A stretch of 64,000 nucleotides of DNA from a virus (IMGVR_UViG_2832187548_000002:157-64156), one strand, 5' to 3'. Counted from the first letter of the stretch, positions 1-8,863 are shown. Notes: a model not told the origin generated them from the letters alone. A program made the numbers and translations.

Positions 1-1176
1 ATCGAGGGGGTATATCGAAAAGGTACGCTGCCCGGCGCGACGGACGACGAGAGCCCAGCCAATGGCCTCGACGTGCTGGATTACAGTCAGGCCGTTGCCA
101 AGGTTAAAGAGACGATTGCCGACCTTCGCGCCAAGGCGGTGATAGAGGCCTCGGGACCGGTGCAAACAGTACGCACCGCCGTGGACGCCTATATTGCTGC
201 CAGGGAGAAGAAGGAGGCCGCGCAACGGCCGGGCAAGCCGTTGAAGCGGGATGCCCGCTCGCGGTTGACGGGACACGTTCTCAGCGTCGAATCAATTTCG
301 GACAAGTCGCTTCACGAACTGACGGAAGACGACCTTTCGAAATGGCTCGACGGCCTTGACGGGCTGGTGGTGACGTCGGTCAAGCGGCTGGTGAATGATT
401 TCAAGGCCGCTCTGAATGCCGCTGCCGGCACGAAGGGTGCACCACCTGGTTTGCCCGCCATCATCAAGAAGGGGCTGAAAGTCACTGGGGGCGGGTCGGC
501 CGGCGACCGCGATATTCAGGTGCTGCCGGATGCGGAGATCCGCGCCATCATCGCCGCAGCCAAAACGGTCGACGACCGCGACGGGTGGGAGGGGGACTGG
601 TACCGGCTGGTGCTCCTTCTGTCCGCGACCGGTGCTCGATTCGGTCAAACGTCTCGGCATGTTGTCGGCGACGTCCAACGCCACAACAACCGAATCATGG
701 TCCCGGTGTCCTTCAAGGGGACAGGCGAAAAGAAGGTGTCCCGATTCGCGGTCCCCATTGGGCAAGATGTCGTCGACGCGCTGCGACCGGCCATCGCCGG
801 CAGAAAGAGCACTGATCCGCTTTTGGAGCGCTGGCGCTACCGGCAAGAAAGCCCAATCGTGTGGGTGAAGGACCGGCGCGGCCCGTGGCAGAACGCAACG
901 GAAATGTCGCGCCTGTGGCGGAAGACGCTTGAGGTGGCAGAGCTACCGGTCGACATCATTCCGTACGCGCTGCGCCATTCCAGCATCGTGCGGGGGCTGC
1001 GCGCCATGCTGCCGGTGCGCCTCGTCGCGGCACTGCACGACACTTCCACGGAAATGATCGAAAAGCACTATTCGGCATACATCATTGACGCCATGGACGA
1101 GGTGGCGGCACGCGCCGTCATTCCGCTTGGGGCGGTTTCGGATCCGCCTGCCAAGCTGGTAAAATCGACCGGCTAG
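1..1176 (+). CDS. int: Tyrosine recombinase/integrase (5' end truncated by window)
   Basis: Frame open from base 1; motifs TGARFGQ, YALRHS and C-terminal IEKHY catalytic Tyr. Confidence 0.9.
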   Translation: MEGVYRKGTLPGATDDESPANGLDVLDYSQAVAKVKETIADLRAKAVIEASGPVQTVRTAVDAYIAAREKKEAAQRPGKPLKRDARSRLTGHVLSVESISDKSLHELTEDDLSKWLDGLDGLVVTSVKRLVNDFKAALNAAAGTKGAPPGLPAIIKKGLKVTGGGSAGDRDIQVLPDAEIRAIIAAAKTVDDRDGWEGDWYRLVLLLSATGARFGQTSRHVVGDVQRHNNRIMVPVSFKGTGEKKVSRFAVPIGQDVVDALRPAIAGRKSTDPLLERWRYRQESPIVWVKDRRGPWQNATEMSRLWRKTLEVAELPVDIIPYALRHSSIVRGLRAMLPVRLVAALHDTSTEMIEKHYSAYIIDAMDEVAARAVIPLGAVSDPPAKLVKSTG

Positions 1177-1187
1177 TGTTTTCAAAG

Positions 1188-1215
1188 TTGCAAACATATT
1201 TGCAATATGCAAATA
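1188..1215. promoter_or_regulatory. Operator family A (TTGCAAACATATTTGCAA plus third half-site)
   Basis: 18-bp palindrome at 1188-1205 overlapping TATTTGCA-ATA-TGCAAATA; recurs at 39703, 43101, 47825, 58878. Confidence 0.75.
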
Positions 1216-1255
1216 CTCTCGCACGTTCACTTGAAAGCGTGCGAGGTTCTACGCA

Positions 1256-1498
1256 ATGTCGCAGATACAGGGGAGCGGGGGCGCAGACACCGCCCCGCCC
1301 CAAAAACTAGCCTACACGGTCAAAGAGGCCTGCGAGGCAACCACCCTCAAAATGTCGGCGCTGTACTACCTGCTGCGAGAGGGAAAATTGCGCGCTCGCA
1401 AGATCGGCCGCCGCACCGTCGTGCTTGCCGATGACTTGAAGGCCTATCTTGACAGCCTTCCAGCGGCGGAACTGACGCCAAGGGAGGGCAAGCAATGA
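1256..1498 (+). CDS. Excisionase-like HTH DNA-binding protein
   Basis: LAYTVKEACEA...LYYLLREGKLRARKIGRRTVV pattern; directly downstream of integrase. Confidence 0.8.
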   Translation: MSQIQGSGGADTAPPQKLAYTVKEACEATTLKMSALYYLLREGKLRARKIGRRTVVLADDLKAYLDSLPAAELTPREGKQ

Positions 1499-1620
1499 CC
1501 TTCCTCGTCTATAGCGCCGCTGTCCTCGTCGCCAACAATCCTATCCTCACCGCTGTCATCGCCGCGAACGTGCTGGTGCTGGCCGGCTTCGTCGTCAGGG
1601 GGCTGCGTCGTGTCAGCTGA
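1495..1620 (+). CDS. Small membrane protein (41 aa)
   Basis: ATGA overlap with upstream gene, GGAGG RBS; MTFLVYSAAVLVANNPILTAVIAANVLVLAGFVVRGLRRVS; below ORF-track cutoff. Confidence 0.55.
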   Translation: MTFLVYSAAVLVANNPILTAVIAANVLVLAGFVVRGLRRVS

Positions 1621-2179
1621 AAACGCGAAACCAATTCCGCGCCCGATTGAAACCTGCCCCCGTGACGGGACGATTGTTCGACTTCTCGTCGACTACACGG
1701 ACGGTGACGGCGCGCTGGAAGACAGCGACCAACCTACGTGGACAATAGGCTTCAATCAGCAGGAGACCGCCGACGATGACGAATGGTTGCTCGCTGGTTG
1801 GAACTGGACGCACGATTGTTTCACGCAGGGGCATGGCACTCCGATAGGCTGGCTTCCGTTTCATGGCGAAGACAGTCGGGCGATCGTAGACGTGCTTGCC
1901 GAGCGCCGTCGACAGGTGACGGTGGAAGGCTGGACGCCCGAGCACGACGACGCGCACACCGATTTCAGTATGACGAAGGCAGCGATTGCCTACGCAATGA
2001 CGGCGGCAGCGCGCATATATGTCACGAATTTGCGCCGCGCCGTAGCGTGGTGGCCGTGGGCCGCGAAGTGGTGGAAGCCTAAAGGACGCCGCCAGGACCT
2101 GGTCCGAGCCGCCGCCCTCATCATCGCTGAAATCGAGCGGTTGGACCGCGCCGCCGAAAGGGGGACGCCATGCCGGTGA
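1610..2179 (+). CDS. Phage hypothetical protein (PIETxPxDGT N-terminal domain; AERRRQ...WPW...LVRAAALIIAEIERLD C-terminal domain)
   Basis: Both motifs recur in phage early regions; overlapping operon layout. Confidence 0.75.
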   Translation: MSAENAKPIPRPIETCPRDGTIVRLLVDYTDGDGALEDSDQPTWTIGFNQQETADDDEWLLAGWNWTHDCFTQGHGTPIGWLPFHGEDSRAIVDVLAERRRQVTVEGWTPEHDDAHTDFSMTKAAIAYAMTAAARIYVTNLRRAVAWWPWAAKWWKPKGRRQDLVRAAALIIAEIERLDRAAERGTPCR

Positions 2180-2442
2180 AAGACGGTGGGGCGGCGTTCC
2201 CCTTGGGCCTGAAAGGCAAGGTCGTGTTCGGTGGAGGGCGCTACGACGGCGCGCACGTGCCCGAGTATCAACCGATCCACGAAGGCATGTCATTACGGGA
2301 TTGGTTCGCCGGACAGGCTTTGGCCGGCCTTGCCGCATACCCTGGTCGCGAAGGCGAACGCAACGAGCCTCATCACTTCGCCAGATGGGCATATGCCTTG
2401 GCCGACGCGATGATCCTCGCGAGGGGCGGCGGCGATGTATGA
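2170..2442 (+). CDS. Phage hypothetical protein (GMSLRDWFAGQAL family)
   Basis: GMSLRDWFA...AYALADAMILAR motif common in phage early genes. Confidence 0.8.
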   Translation: MPVKDGGAAFPLGLKGKVVFGGGRYDGAHVPEYQPIHEGMSLRDWFAGQALAGLAAYPGREGERNEPHHFARWAYALADAMILARGGGDV

Positions 2443-2689
2443 CAGCGACGCACCTTCCTTCACGCACCTGCGCTCGGCAAGCCACATGGCGCGCAAGCCT
2501 TACACCTGCTGCCGTTGCCGGCAGGAGATCGAGGCGGGCAACAGATACGACGTGAATGTGTATCTTTCGGATGGCGATTTCATCCACGAACGCATGCACG
2601 TCGGGGCATACCTCTACCCGTCCGGCTGCCCATCCATTCGCGAGAAAGATATCGCCGACATGCGCGGCGCGGGTGAGGGCGCGCCATGA
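2435..2689 (+). CDS. Hypothetical protein, Cys/His zinc-ribbon-like
   Basis: ARKPYTCCRCRQEI; overlaps both neighbours. Confidence 0.65.
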   Translation: MYDSDAPSFTHLRSASHMARKPYTCCRCRQEIEAGNRYDVNVYLSDGDFIHERMHVGAYLYPSGCPSIREKDIADMRGAGEGAP

Positions 2690-2976
2690 GCACGCTGCAC
2701 CTATCTCTCAAGGGCGAGTATTTCGACGCCATCAAGGCCGGGACGAAACCGAGGGAATACCGGCGCGTCAACGCTTTCTGGTGCAAGCGCCTACTCGGGC
2801 GGACCTATGACAGCATCGTCCTGACACGGGGATACCCAAAGGCCGGCGACGACGATCGTCGCATCGTCCGTCAGTGGCGCGGCTCCACCATCGAGACAAT
2901 CACGCATCCGCACTTCGGCCCCGACCCGGTCGAGGTGTTCGCAATCGACGTTACGGGGGAACACAATGCAGATTGA
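2686..2976 (+). CDS. ASCH/PUA-like domain protein
   Basis: LHLSLKGEYFDAIKAGTKPREYR is the ASCH GxKxxExR signature. Confidence 0.8.
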   Translation: MSTLHLSLKGEYFDAIKAGTKPREYRRVNAFWCKRLLGRTYDSIVLTRGYPKAGDDDRRIVRQWRGSTIETITHPHFGPDPVEVFAIDVTGEHNAD

Positions 2977-3700
2977 CCGCGAAGCCGCCAAGAAGGCGGC
3001 ATATGCCTTTGCAACTGCCAACAACATGGGCGCGCCGGGCAGTGCCGAAGACGAGGCCGAGGCCATCCAAATGGTTTGCGACCTTGTCGGCCACTACTTC
3101 GCCGCCGCGCCTGCGGGGAAGCCGGTAGCGTGGACACCCGAAAGCTTGCGCGAACATGCGCGTGATCAAGGCTGGTACATTCGGGAAAGCGCGTCTGTTC
3201 CCGACCTCCTCACGGGCGGGTGGAAGCATCCGTATTCCGTCACCGTCAGCGATAGAGAGTTGCTGACCATTCTGAATGCCGCCAAGCCGGCACCAGCGCA
3301 GTTAGGTGGCGATGGCGACCCGTTGCGAACGGCGGTCGGCACGCTTCTCGACTATATCGGCTGCTACGTCCCCGAGCATCGGGAAGCCGCCACAGTCGAA
3401 GCGGTGCGGTTGGTGATGGGCCTTACGCGCTTCCGGTATGCCGAGGTGCAGAAGCATCTGGATCAGGTCGCCGACATCGCAGCGCAGCTTGAGAAGGAAA
3501 AGCGGGATCCGGCCCGTGCCATCACCTTCACCTATATGAACTGGCGCGGCGAAGTGGGCGAACGGAACGCTGTGCCGATCTCCATTCATTACGGCGCGAC
3601 GGAATGGCACCCCGAGCCGCAATGGCTGATGCGCGCCTTCGACCTCGACAAGCAGGCCGAACGCGACTTCGCGCTCAAAGATACGTCGATGGCGGTGTGA
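2966..3700 (+). CDS. Hypothetical protein with C-terminal WYL-like domain
   Basis: ITFTYMNWRGEVGERNAVP...QWLMRAFDLDKQAERDFAL. Confidence 0.7.
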   Translation: MQIDREAAKKAAYAFATANNMGAPGSAEDEAEAIQMVCDLVGHYFAAAPAGKPVAWTPESLREHARDQGWYIRESASVPDLLTGGWKHPYSVTVSDRELLTILNAAKPAPAQLGGDGDPLRTAVGTLLDYIGCYVPEHREAATVEAVRLVMGLTRFRYAEVQKHLDQVADIAAQLEKEKRDPARAITFTYMNWRGEVGERNAVPISIHYGATEWHPEPQWLMRAFDLDKQAERDFALKDTSMAV

Positions 3701-3701
3701 T

Positions 3702-3860
3702 ATGACCGATCAGCCCAAAAGAACCAAATACACCTTCTCCATTGACCGCAATGTCCTGGCACTCCTGATCTGCATCATGGCGGGCGCGGTGATGTGCACC
3801 GGGCATGACGGCTGGGGCTGGCTCATCTTCATAGCCTTTCTGGTTGTCCTGGCGGCGTGA
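3702..3860 (+). CDS. Small two-TM membrane protein (52 aa)
   Basis: MTDQPKRTKYTFSIDRNVLALLICIMAGAVMCTGHDGWGWLIFIAFLVVLAA fills the gap; stop overlaps next start. Confidence 0.6.
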   Translation: MTDQPKRTKYTFSIDRNVLALLICIMAGAVMCTGHDGWGWLIFIAFLVVLAA

Positions 3861-4090
3861 TGCCCAAGAAACCGCCCACTGATATCGAGAAGGTGCTAGC
3901 CGCCGCCTCCGTCACGATGGCGCTTGACCGGCACAAACTGCTGTCGACGACGGCGCGAGACGCTCACCTGCGCTACGCCCGCCGGCTGTGGCCGCAGGCC
4001 ATCCGTGACGAAATCCGCAAGCTGACGAAACAGGTCAAATACCTGCGCAGCCATCTGCCAGGTGGAAGGAAGAACCATGATCACAATTAG
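3860..4090 (+). CDS. Hypothetical protein
   Basis: Operon-coupled ORF. Confidence 0.55.
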   Translation: MPKKPPTDIEKVLAAASVTMALDRHKLLSTTARDAHLRYARRLWPQAIRDEIRKLTKQVKYLRSHLPGGRKNHDHN

Positions 4091-4286
4091 CTTTTCCTAC
4101 GGCGCTGCCGCCCTCTTCGTCTGGCTGCTGGGCTTCATGTTCACCGCCTCGTTCATGCATGAGAACCGGCCCGGCACCGGTACCGTCATCAAACTCTTGG
4201 CCTGCGCCCTGTGGCTTTTCTATTGGCCGCTGTTCTTCGCGGTTCTCTGCGGCGTGAAGGTTGCGGAGTGGGAGGACCGGCTGTGA
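4077..4286 (+). CDS. Small membrane protein
   Basis: Two hydrophobic segments; GGAAG RBS. Confidence 0.6.
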   Translation: MITISFSYGAAALFVWLLGFMFTASFMHENRPGTGTVIKLLACALWLFYWPLFFAVLCGVKVAEWEDRL

Positions 4287-4462
4287 AGGAACGTGCGCCC
4301 GTCTCAGTGACAACCGGCCACGGGAAGATGAGCCCCCAAGCTGCGGTTGGCTACGGCTGCTGGCCCGACGAGGACGGCCGCCAAACGAAGCATCGGAAAT
4401 TGAGGCCGCGCGGGGCCAAGAAGGTAAAAACCCTGCGGACACACCGGGAGCCCAAGCCATGA
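4283..4462 (+). CDS. Small basic hypothetical protein
   Basis: GTGA and ATGA overlaps with flanking genes. Confidence 0.45.
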   Translation: MKERAPVSVTTGHGKMSPQAAVGYGCWPDEDGRQTKHRKLRPRGAKKVKTLRTHREPKP

Positions 4463-5085
4463 CCGTCTACGTCGACGACATGCACAAGGTGCCGCTGGGC
4501 CAGTTCCGGCGTATGAAGATGTCGCACATGATCGCCGATACCGAGGAAGAATTGCACGCCATGGCCAGAAAAATCGGCGTCGCGCGCAAGTGGTACCAGG
4601 GTGACCATTACGACATCGCCATGAGCAAGAGGGCACTGGCCGTCGCGGCTGGGGCGGTTGAGATACCCATGCGCACGCTGGCGTTCATGGCAAACAATCG
4701 GCGCTCGGGGTATCCGATGGGCACGCCCGAGACGGCGCGAGCTATCGCCATGGAGCGAATGGCGGTTGTGAGGGGGAAGCGGGAATCCGACCGGGCCGGG
4801 TGGCACTCCCCCGAATCCAACCTCGTCGGCGCGACGTGGCGCATGTTCGATGAAACATATGAGGGCACGACGCTCCCGAAGGCCGAATTGCGGACGGATG
4901 CCGGTGAGTTGGTCGCCTATGTCCTCGACGCTGGCTATGCCTGCTATCCACATGCCCGCCAGCCGGAGACCGGTGAGGACGTCAGAGGCGGGGCGTTCAT
5001 CGACCGCGCTGCCGCCTTGCTATGGGCGAGGAAGACGGCCGGCGTGAAATCTTCCGACGACGAGGCCCCGCCGTGTTCGACCTGA
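4459..5085 (+). CDS. DUF4031-domain protein with C-terminal extension
   Basis: MTVYVDD...MSHMIADTEEELHAMARKIG...WYQGDHYDI; start moved to ATG 4459 after GGAG. Confidence 0.8.
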   Translation: MTVYVDDMHKVPLGQFRRMKMSHMIADTEEELHAMARKIGVARKWYQGDHYDIAMSKRALAVAAGAVEIPMRTLAFMANNRRSGYPMGTPETARAIAMERMAVVRGKRESDRAGWHSPESNLVGATWRMFDETYEGTTLPKAELRTDAGELVAYVLDAGYACYPHARQPETGEDVRGGAFIDRAAALLWARKTAGVKSSDDEAPPCST

Positions 5086-5423
5086 AATCGCCTTGCAAAA
5101 ATTGCCCGTTCCGAATTGGGCTGGGGTCGATGTTCCGGCTTCCACCCGGGCGCTTGGATGAGATCCAGCGCGCCACCTCGTTTCAGTGCCACAAGACGGT
5201 GGACTATTCCGACGACGAATGTCCGTCGCCAGGAGACAAGCCGCAGCAATGCGCCGGCTTAATGGCTGTCCTTCACCGAGAGGGCGAGCCCAATCAGATA
5301 ATGCGGGTGGCGGAACGCCTGCAGGCGCTGCCGCTCGATGAATTGGACCCGCGGCGCGAGGCGTACGCCACTTGGGATGACGTGAAACGGGCGCATGCCG
5401 AAGGGATCGAGCCGCGCCGGTGA
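5073..5423 (+). CDS. Cys-rich phage hypothetical protein
   Basis: PCKNCPFR...FQCHK...QCAG metal-binding pattern. Confidence 0.7.
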   Translation: MFDLKSPCKNCPFRIGLGSMFRLPPGRLDEIQRATSFQCHKTVDYSDDECPSPGDKPQQCAGLMAVLHREGEPNQIMRVAERLQALPLDELDPRREAYATWDDVKRAHAEGIEPRR

Positions 5424-5434
5424 CACAGTAGCCG

Positions 5435-5719
5435 TCAAATGCTGCCATCTTCGAGCCGCTGAGAATCGAGAATCACGCGCATGCCTTGCCGAAGCAAGAT
5501 GAGGTTTCTTGGCCGCTCCTTTACCGCTTCCTTGAACGCTGCCCGTGCCATCATGATGCCGTCGCACGCGGCGATAGTCTGATATGGTTCTTCCCGATTG
5601 GGCTTGGCGTCGGTCTGCCCAGGATCCGGCCGCCACCCCCAATCCTCGACGCAATATTGGTTTCCGCCTTCGGCCGGCACGAAGAACATGTGCATCCGGA
5701 CCCATCCGTAAATTGTCAT
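5435..5719 (-). CDS. Small LexA-box-preceded protein (candidate antirepressor)
   Basis: C-terminal ARAAFKEAVKERPRNLILLRQGMRVILDS; SOS box upstream. Confidence 0.7.
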   Translation of the reverse strand: MTIYGWVRMHMFFVPAEGGNQYCVEDWGWRPDPGQTDAKPNREEPYQTIAACDGIMMARAAFKEAVKERPRNLILLRQGMRVILDSQRLEDGSI

Positions 5720-5743
5720 CGGAACATGCTCGCCTCAGTGTGT

Positions 5744-5758
5744 GTTCTTATTTTGTTC
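5744..5758 (-). promoter_or_regulatory. Alphaproteobacterial LexA (SOS) box GTTC-N7-GTTC
   Basis: GTTCTTATTTTGTTC overlaps the -10 (CAAAAT) of a minus-strand TTGACG-N17 promoter (5778-5750). Confidence 0.8.
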
Positions 5759-5817
5759 TCGCAAGGATCGAGCGTCAAGACAGGGCTGATCGCGTTGCGC
5801 CCTATCGCCCCGTGTAG

Positions 5818-5832
5818 TATACGGTACGTATA
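5818..5832. promoter_or_regulatory. Operator family B (TATACG-N3-CGTATA)
   Basis: TATACG-GTA-CGTATA abuts the AGGAG RBS of the HTH gene; three further copies in the prophage. Confidence 0.7.
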
Positions 5833-5841
5833 GGAGTTCCG

Positions 5842-6111
5842 ATGTCAGACCGCCGCCAACAGCTTGAAGATATGATGTCTTCTGCCGAAATGTCGCAGAC
5901 CACGTTATCGGCCGTGCTTGGCGTCAGCCTGAACACCGTCAGCCGCTGGCTTGCCAACACGCGGCACGCCATCCCGGTGCCGGAATATGCCTTCGCTTTC
6001 CTGGCCGCATACAATGCCGTGGCGAAATCCCACAGGCCGCAACTGCTGGCCAAGCTTATGAGCGAAAAAAGCGCCCCGGCCGCGAGGGCAGGGGCGTCTG
6101 ATTCTCAATAG
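5842..6111 (+). CDS. XRE-family HTH regulator
   Basis: MSQTTLSAVLGVSLNTVSRW helix-turn-helix; AGGAG RBS. Confidence 0.85.
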   Translation: MSDRRQQLEDMMSSAEMSQTTLSAVLGVSLNTVSRWLANTRHAIPVPEYAFAFLAAYNAVAKSHRPQLLAKLMSEKSAPAARAGASDSQ

Positions 6112-6311
6112 CGATTTTCGGCCCGCAAGGGTCGTTGCGGAGGCTCGGTTGCAGCGCCTACGGGCTGGGGCTCGGGCTGCGCCTCAACGGTGCATTCCTC
6201 AATCATCCGTGCCGCCAGCATAAGCGGCGTCATGCCCAGCTGCGCCGCCCTGGCCTCGATGCCGGCGGCAATGCGCAGCGTCCGCGCTGTCACCCTATGA
6301 GCTTTCATCAT
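6105..6311 (-). CDS. Small hypothetical protein at end of late operon
   Basis: 68-aa ORF MMKAHRV...; overlaps upstream gene. Confidence 0.45.
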   Translation of the reverse strand: MMKAHRVTARTLRIAAGIEARAAQLGMTPLMLAARMIEECTVEAQPEPQPVGAATEPPQRPLRAENRY

Positions 6312-6687
6312 GGGGCCTCCTGGACTTGTTGCGCATAATAGCGGCCCTGCGCTCCCGCCGCTCAATTGCCCGTTGGGCGTTTTCTCGGTCTTCGCGTTCC
6401 CGCCGCTCGGCCTCGATGGCCCTTTGCTTGGCGATACGCCTGTCAACCTCCGCGTCGACCTCTTCGCGCCACACGGTTTTGTCGTGCTGCTCTTCCAAGA
6501 TTTCGCGGATCCGTTTGATATCGGCCCGCATGGCATCGTCGGAGCCATTGACGGCCGGCAGACGTGCCGGCGCGGTGGAGTTCTTGCTCCGAAAATAGTT
6601 GGCGACACCTTTGTAAAAAGCCGCCGCTATACCACCCGCAACGATCGCCCACCCGTACCACGCGTCAGAATCAGGGGGCGTCGGCAT
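6295..6687 (-). CDS. Membrane-anchored coiled-coil protein (lysis cassette)
   Basis: N-terminal TM (WYGWAIVAGGIAAAFY) and charged helical tail. Confidence 0.65.
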   Translation of the reverse strand: MPTPPDSDAWYGWAIVAGGIAAAFYKGVANYFRSKNSTAPARLPAVNGSDDAMRADIKRIREILEEQHDKTVWREEVDAEVDRRIAKQRAIEAERREREDRENAQRAIERRERRAAIMRNKSRRPHDESS

Positions 6688-7132
6688 TCCGATACATCCT
6701 TTCGGCGTCGCCGGCCTCGTCGGCGATAGTGGTCGCAAGAAACAAATCGCCCACCATCAAGCCCAGATAGGTGACGACGCCGATTGAGGATATGTCCGCT
6801 TGCCAAAGGCCTATGACGATCAGCCCCCACGCGCTTGCCGAAAGCCATGCCGTGCCCGCCCGCACAAGCGGAGAGAACCGGCGGAACACTTTGAACGTGC
6901 CGTTGAGTGTCAGGGCAACGAGCCGAATGAAAGCCACCAGCATGAAGACGATTCCCCACGTCTCTTCTGCCGCCACAGACTGCATGATGTCGTAGGCGGG
7001 GGAGCGGCCGAAAACTGCATCCGGTTTCAGGATGACATAGGCGCATCCTGCCAGGATGCTTGCCAACAGCCATTCCCAAAACCGTTCGCGGAAATGCAGC
7101 TTGGCCCCGAGGATAACGCGCGACACAATCAT
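6671..7132 (-). CDS. Multi-TM membrane protein, holin candidate
   Basis: About four hydrophobic helices; follows spanins. Confidence 0.6.
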   Translation of the reverse strand: MIVSRVILGAKLHFRERFWEWLLASILAGCAYVILKPDAVFGRSPAYDIMQSVAAEETWGIVFMLVAFIRLVALTLNGTFKVFRRFSPLVRAGTAWLSASAWGLIVIGLWQADISSIGVVTYLGLMVGDLFLATTIADEAGDAERMYRNADAP

Positions 7133-7350
7133 GTCCGTGGCCTCGGTCGGGGCCAGTGGCAGGCCGCGACACCGCTTTCTATGGTGTCGTCTATCCAGCC
7201 CTGGTCAGCTGGCGTCTTGCCGTGAACGACGGTTTTTGGTGCTTCGAACACCCTGCACTCACCGCCGCTCACACTTGCCGGTCGAAGTGTCCCACACGCC
7301 GCCAGCGTCAACGCAAGCGCGACGAGTATTCCGAGCCTTGGCAGCCGCAT
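7129..7350 (-). CDS. o-spanin (Rz1-like lipoprotein)
   Basis: Lipobox LAAC, Pro-containing, overlaps i-spanin in another frame. Confidence 0.75.
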   Translation of the reverse strand: MRLPRLGILVALALTLAACGTLRPASVSGGECRVFEAPKTVVHGKTPADQGWIDDTIESGVAACHWPRPRPRT

Positions 7351-7498
7351 CTACTGCGCTCCTATCTTGCTTTTCGATTCGGGTGAGTTCCCGCTGTCCG
7401 CCGGCTTCCAAAAGTGCGGTGGCTATCCACCCGAGGAAGCCGACGACGACAACAACGGCGACGATGATCAGCCAGCCGCGAACGGAGATGAGGCCCAT
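7259..7498 (-). CDS. i-spanin (Rz-like)
   Basis: N-terminal TM, short helical periplasmic part, C-terminal Cys; follows endolysin. Confidence 0.7.
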   Translation of the reverse strand: MGLISVRGWLIIVAVVVVVGFLGWIATALLEAGGQRELTRIEKQDRSAVDAAAKARNTRRACVDAGGVWDTSTGKCERR

Positions 7499-7501
7499 GG
7501 C

Positions 7502-8503
7502 TCACCCCTCGACGTCGGCGCGAACGTCCTGCAGGACGCCCACGATCTGATGTCGCAGAAGCAGCACGACGACGAGGGCGACAAGGGCGACGCCGCCGAT
7601 GGCAAGCACGGTTTGCCAGTCTGCGCCAAGCAGTCCGGACAATGCCGAGCCGACGCCACCGCCGATGCCGAGTAGCCAGCCGCCTAAGCCCGTGCGGCGC
7701 TTCACAGCCTTGTCCACCTCGACGGGAACGGTCGGACGGTCGACGGGTACCGGAACCGTCACGGTCTTTTCCACCTGCACCGGTGCCGCCTGCACGTCGG
7801 CGGTGCGGGCAGTGGCCTTCGTCAGGTTTACCAAGGCGGTGTGGAGCGCGGCCCGCGTGCGCGGCCCTGCATCGCCGTCGACAGGCGACAGCTTTGCAGC
7901 CGTCTGGAACTGCCGCACGTCGTTGGGGCCGTAGCCCAGCAGGACAAGGGCGACCTTCGCATACCAATCGAGGCGGTCGGCGAATCCGTTCAAGCCGCCG
8001 TTTATCTTCTTCGTGATCGTCTCGATGTCGTTTCGGTCGGCGTAGCGGTTGAGCCCACGCGTCGACCAATACCAGAGGGGGCCAACACCTTCCCACGGGT
8101 CGGTGTTCATCAAATCCGGCTTCGCCTCGAAATCTGGCGTGTTGGGATCGATATTCTTCCGGCACCAATCGCGGAACGCCGCGGTGTTCGCCCGCCCGGT
8201 AATCTGAATGCCAGTCCGGCCCATGAAGCGATGGCCGTCACCAGGCTGTGTGTTGCCGAGATCGGCGCGCCCCTCGTACTTCTTCTGGGCCGGCGTCGGC
8301 CCCCAAATCTCCCGGTCCCACTTGAAGGCGCCGGACTCGTGAAGATCCTGCGCCAGGTAGTGGGCGATGCGGTGAGGTTGGTCGAGGCCGAGCCGCGCGC
8401 CGTAGGCATTCAGGCCGGCAATGACGCTGTTGGCGTTGGCCACCTGCGCGGACGAAAGCGGCCCGGCAATCTTGCGGATGATATCGAGGGTAACGGGCGT
8501 CAT
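7502..8503 (-). CDS. Endolysin, GH19 family, with peptidoglycan-binding domain and C-terminal TM segments
   Basis: AHYLAQDLHES, DGHRFMGRTGIQITGRAN, ITKKINGGLNG (GH19); VRQFQ...VDGDAGPRTRAAL (PG-binding). Confidence 0.9.
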   Translation of the reverse strand: MTPVTLDIIRKIAGPLSSAQVANANSVIAGLNAYGARLGLDQPHRIAHYLAQDLHESGAFKWDREIWGPTPAQKKYEGRADLGNTQPGDGHRFMGRTGIQITGRANTAAFRDWCRKNIDPNTPDFEAKPDLMNTDPWEGVGPLWYWSTRGLNRYADRNDIETITKKINGGLNGFADRLDWYAKVALVLLGYGPNDVRQFQTAAKLSPVDGDAGPRTRAALHTALVNLTKATARTADVQAAPVQVEKTVTVPVPVDRPTVPVEVDKAVKRRTGLGGWLLGIGGGVGSALSGLLGADWQTVLAIGGVALVALVVVLLLRHQIVGVLQDVRADVEG

Positions 8504-8524
8504 GGATAGCTCCAACGTGGTGAC

Positions 8525-8863
8525 TTAGGGGCGGGGGGACACGCGCACTTTGGCCGTGCCCGACATGCCGAGCGCCCTGGCGCTGGCAGGGTTCAAATCG
8601 ATGACGCGCCCCCGAATGAATGGCCCGCGGTCGTTGACGCGACACACGACGGCGCGGCCTGTGCGGAGGTCGGTAACATGCAGACGGCTGCCAAATCGTG
8701 CAGTCCGATGGGCGCAAGTGCGCTCGGAAGTCGGGAAACGTTCGCCATTCGCGGTGCGGGATCCGCTTTCGCTGCCGTACCAACTGGCGACGCCCGTTTC
8801 TGCTTTTCCGGTTGTGATGATGGCGCACGACAGCGCGCCGGCTGCCGCCAGTACTTTCAACAT
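8525..8863 (-). CDS. RlpA-like DPBB lytic transglycosylase with signal peptide
   Basis: GVASWYG...TANGERF...CAHRT...RVNDRGPFIRGRVIDL. Confidence 0.85.
   Translation of the reverse strand: MLKVLAAAGALSCAIITTGKAETGVASWYGSESGSRTANGERFPTSERTCAHRTARFGSRLHVTDLRTGRAVVCRVNDRGPFIRGRVIDLNPASARALGMSGTAKVRVSPRP

Noticed and set aside
1-1176. Integrase as a truncated pseudogene
   Set aside because: Frame is open from base 1, so truncation is a window artefact; catalytic Arg, Arg and Tyr are present
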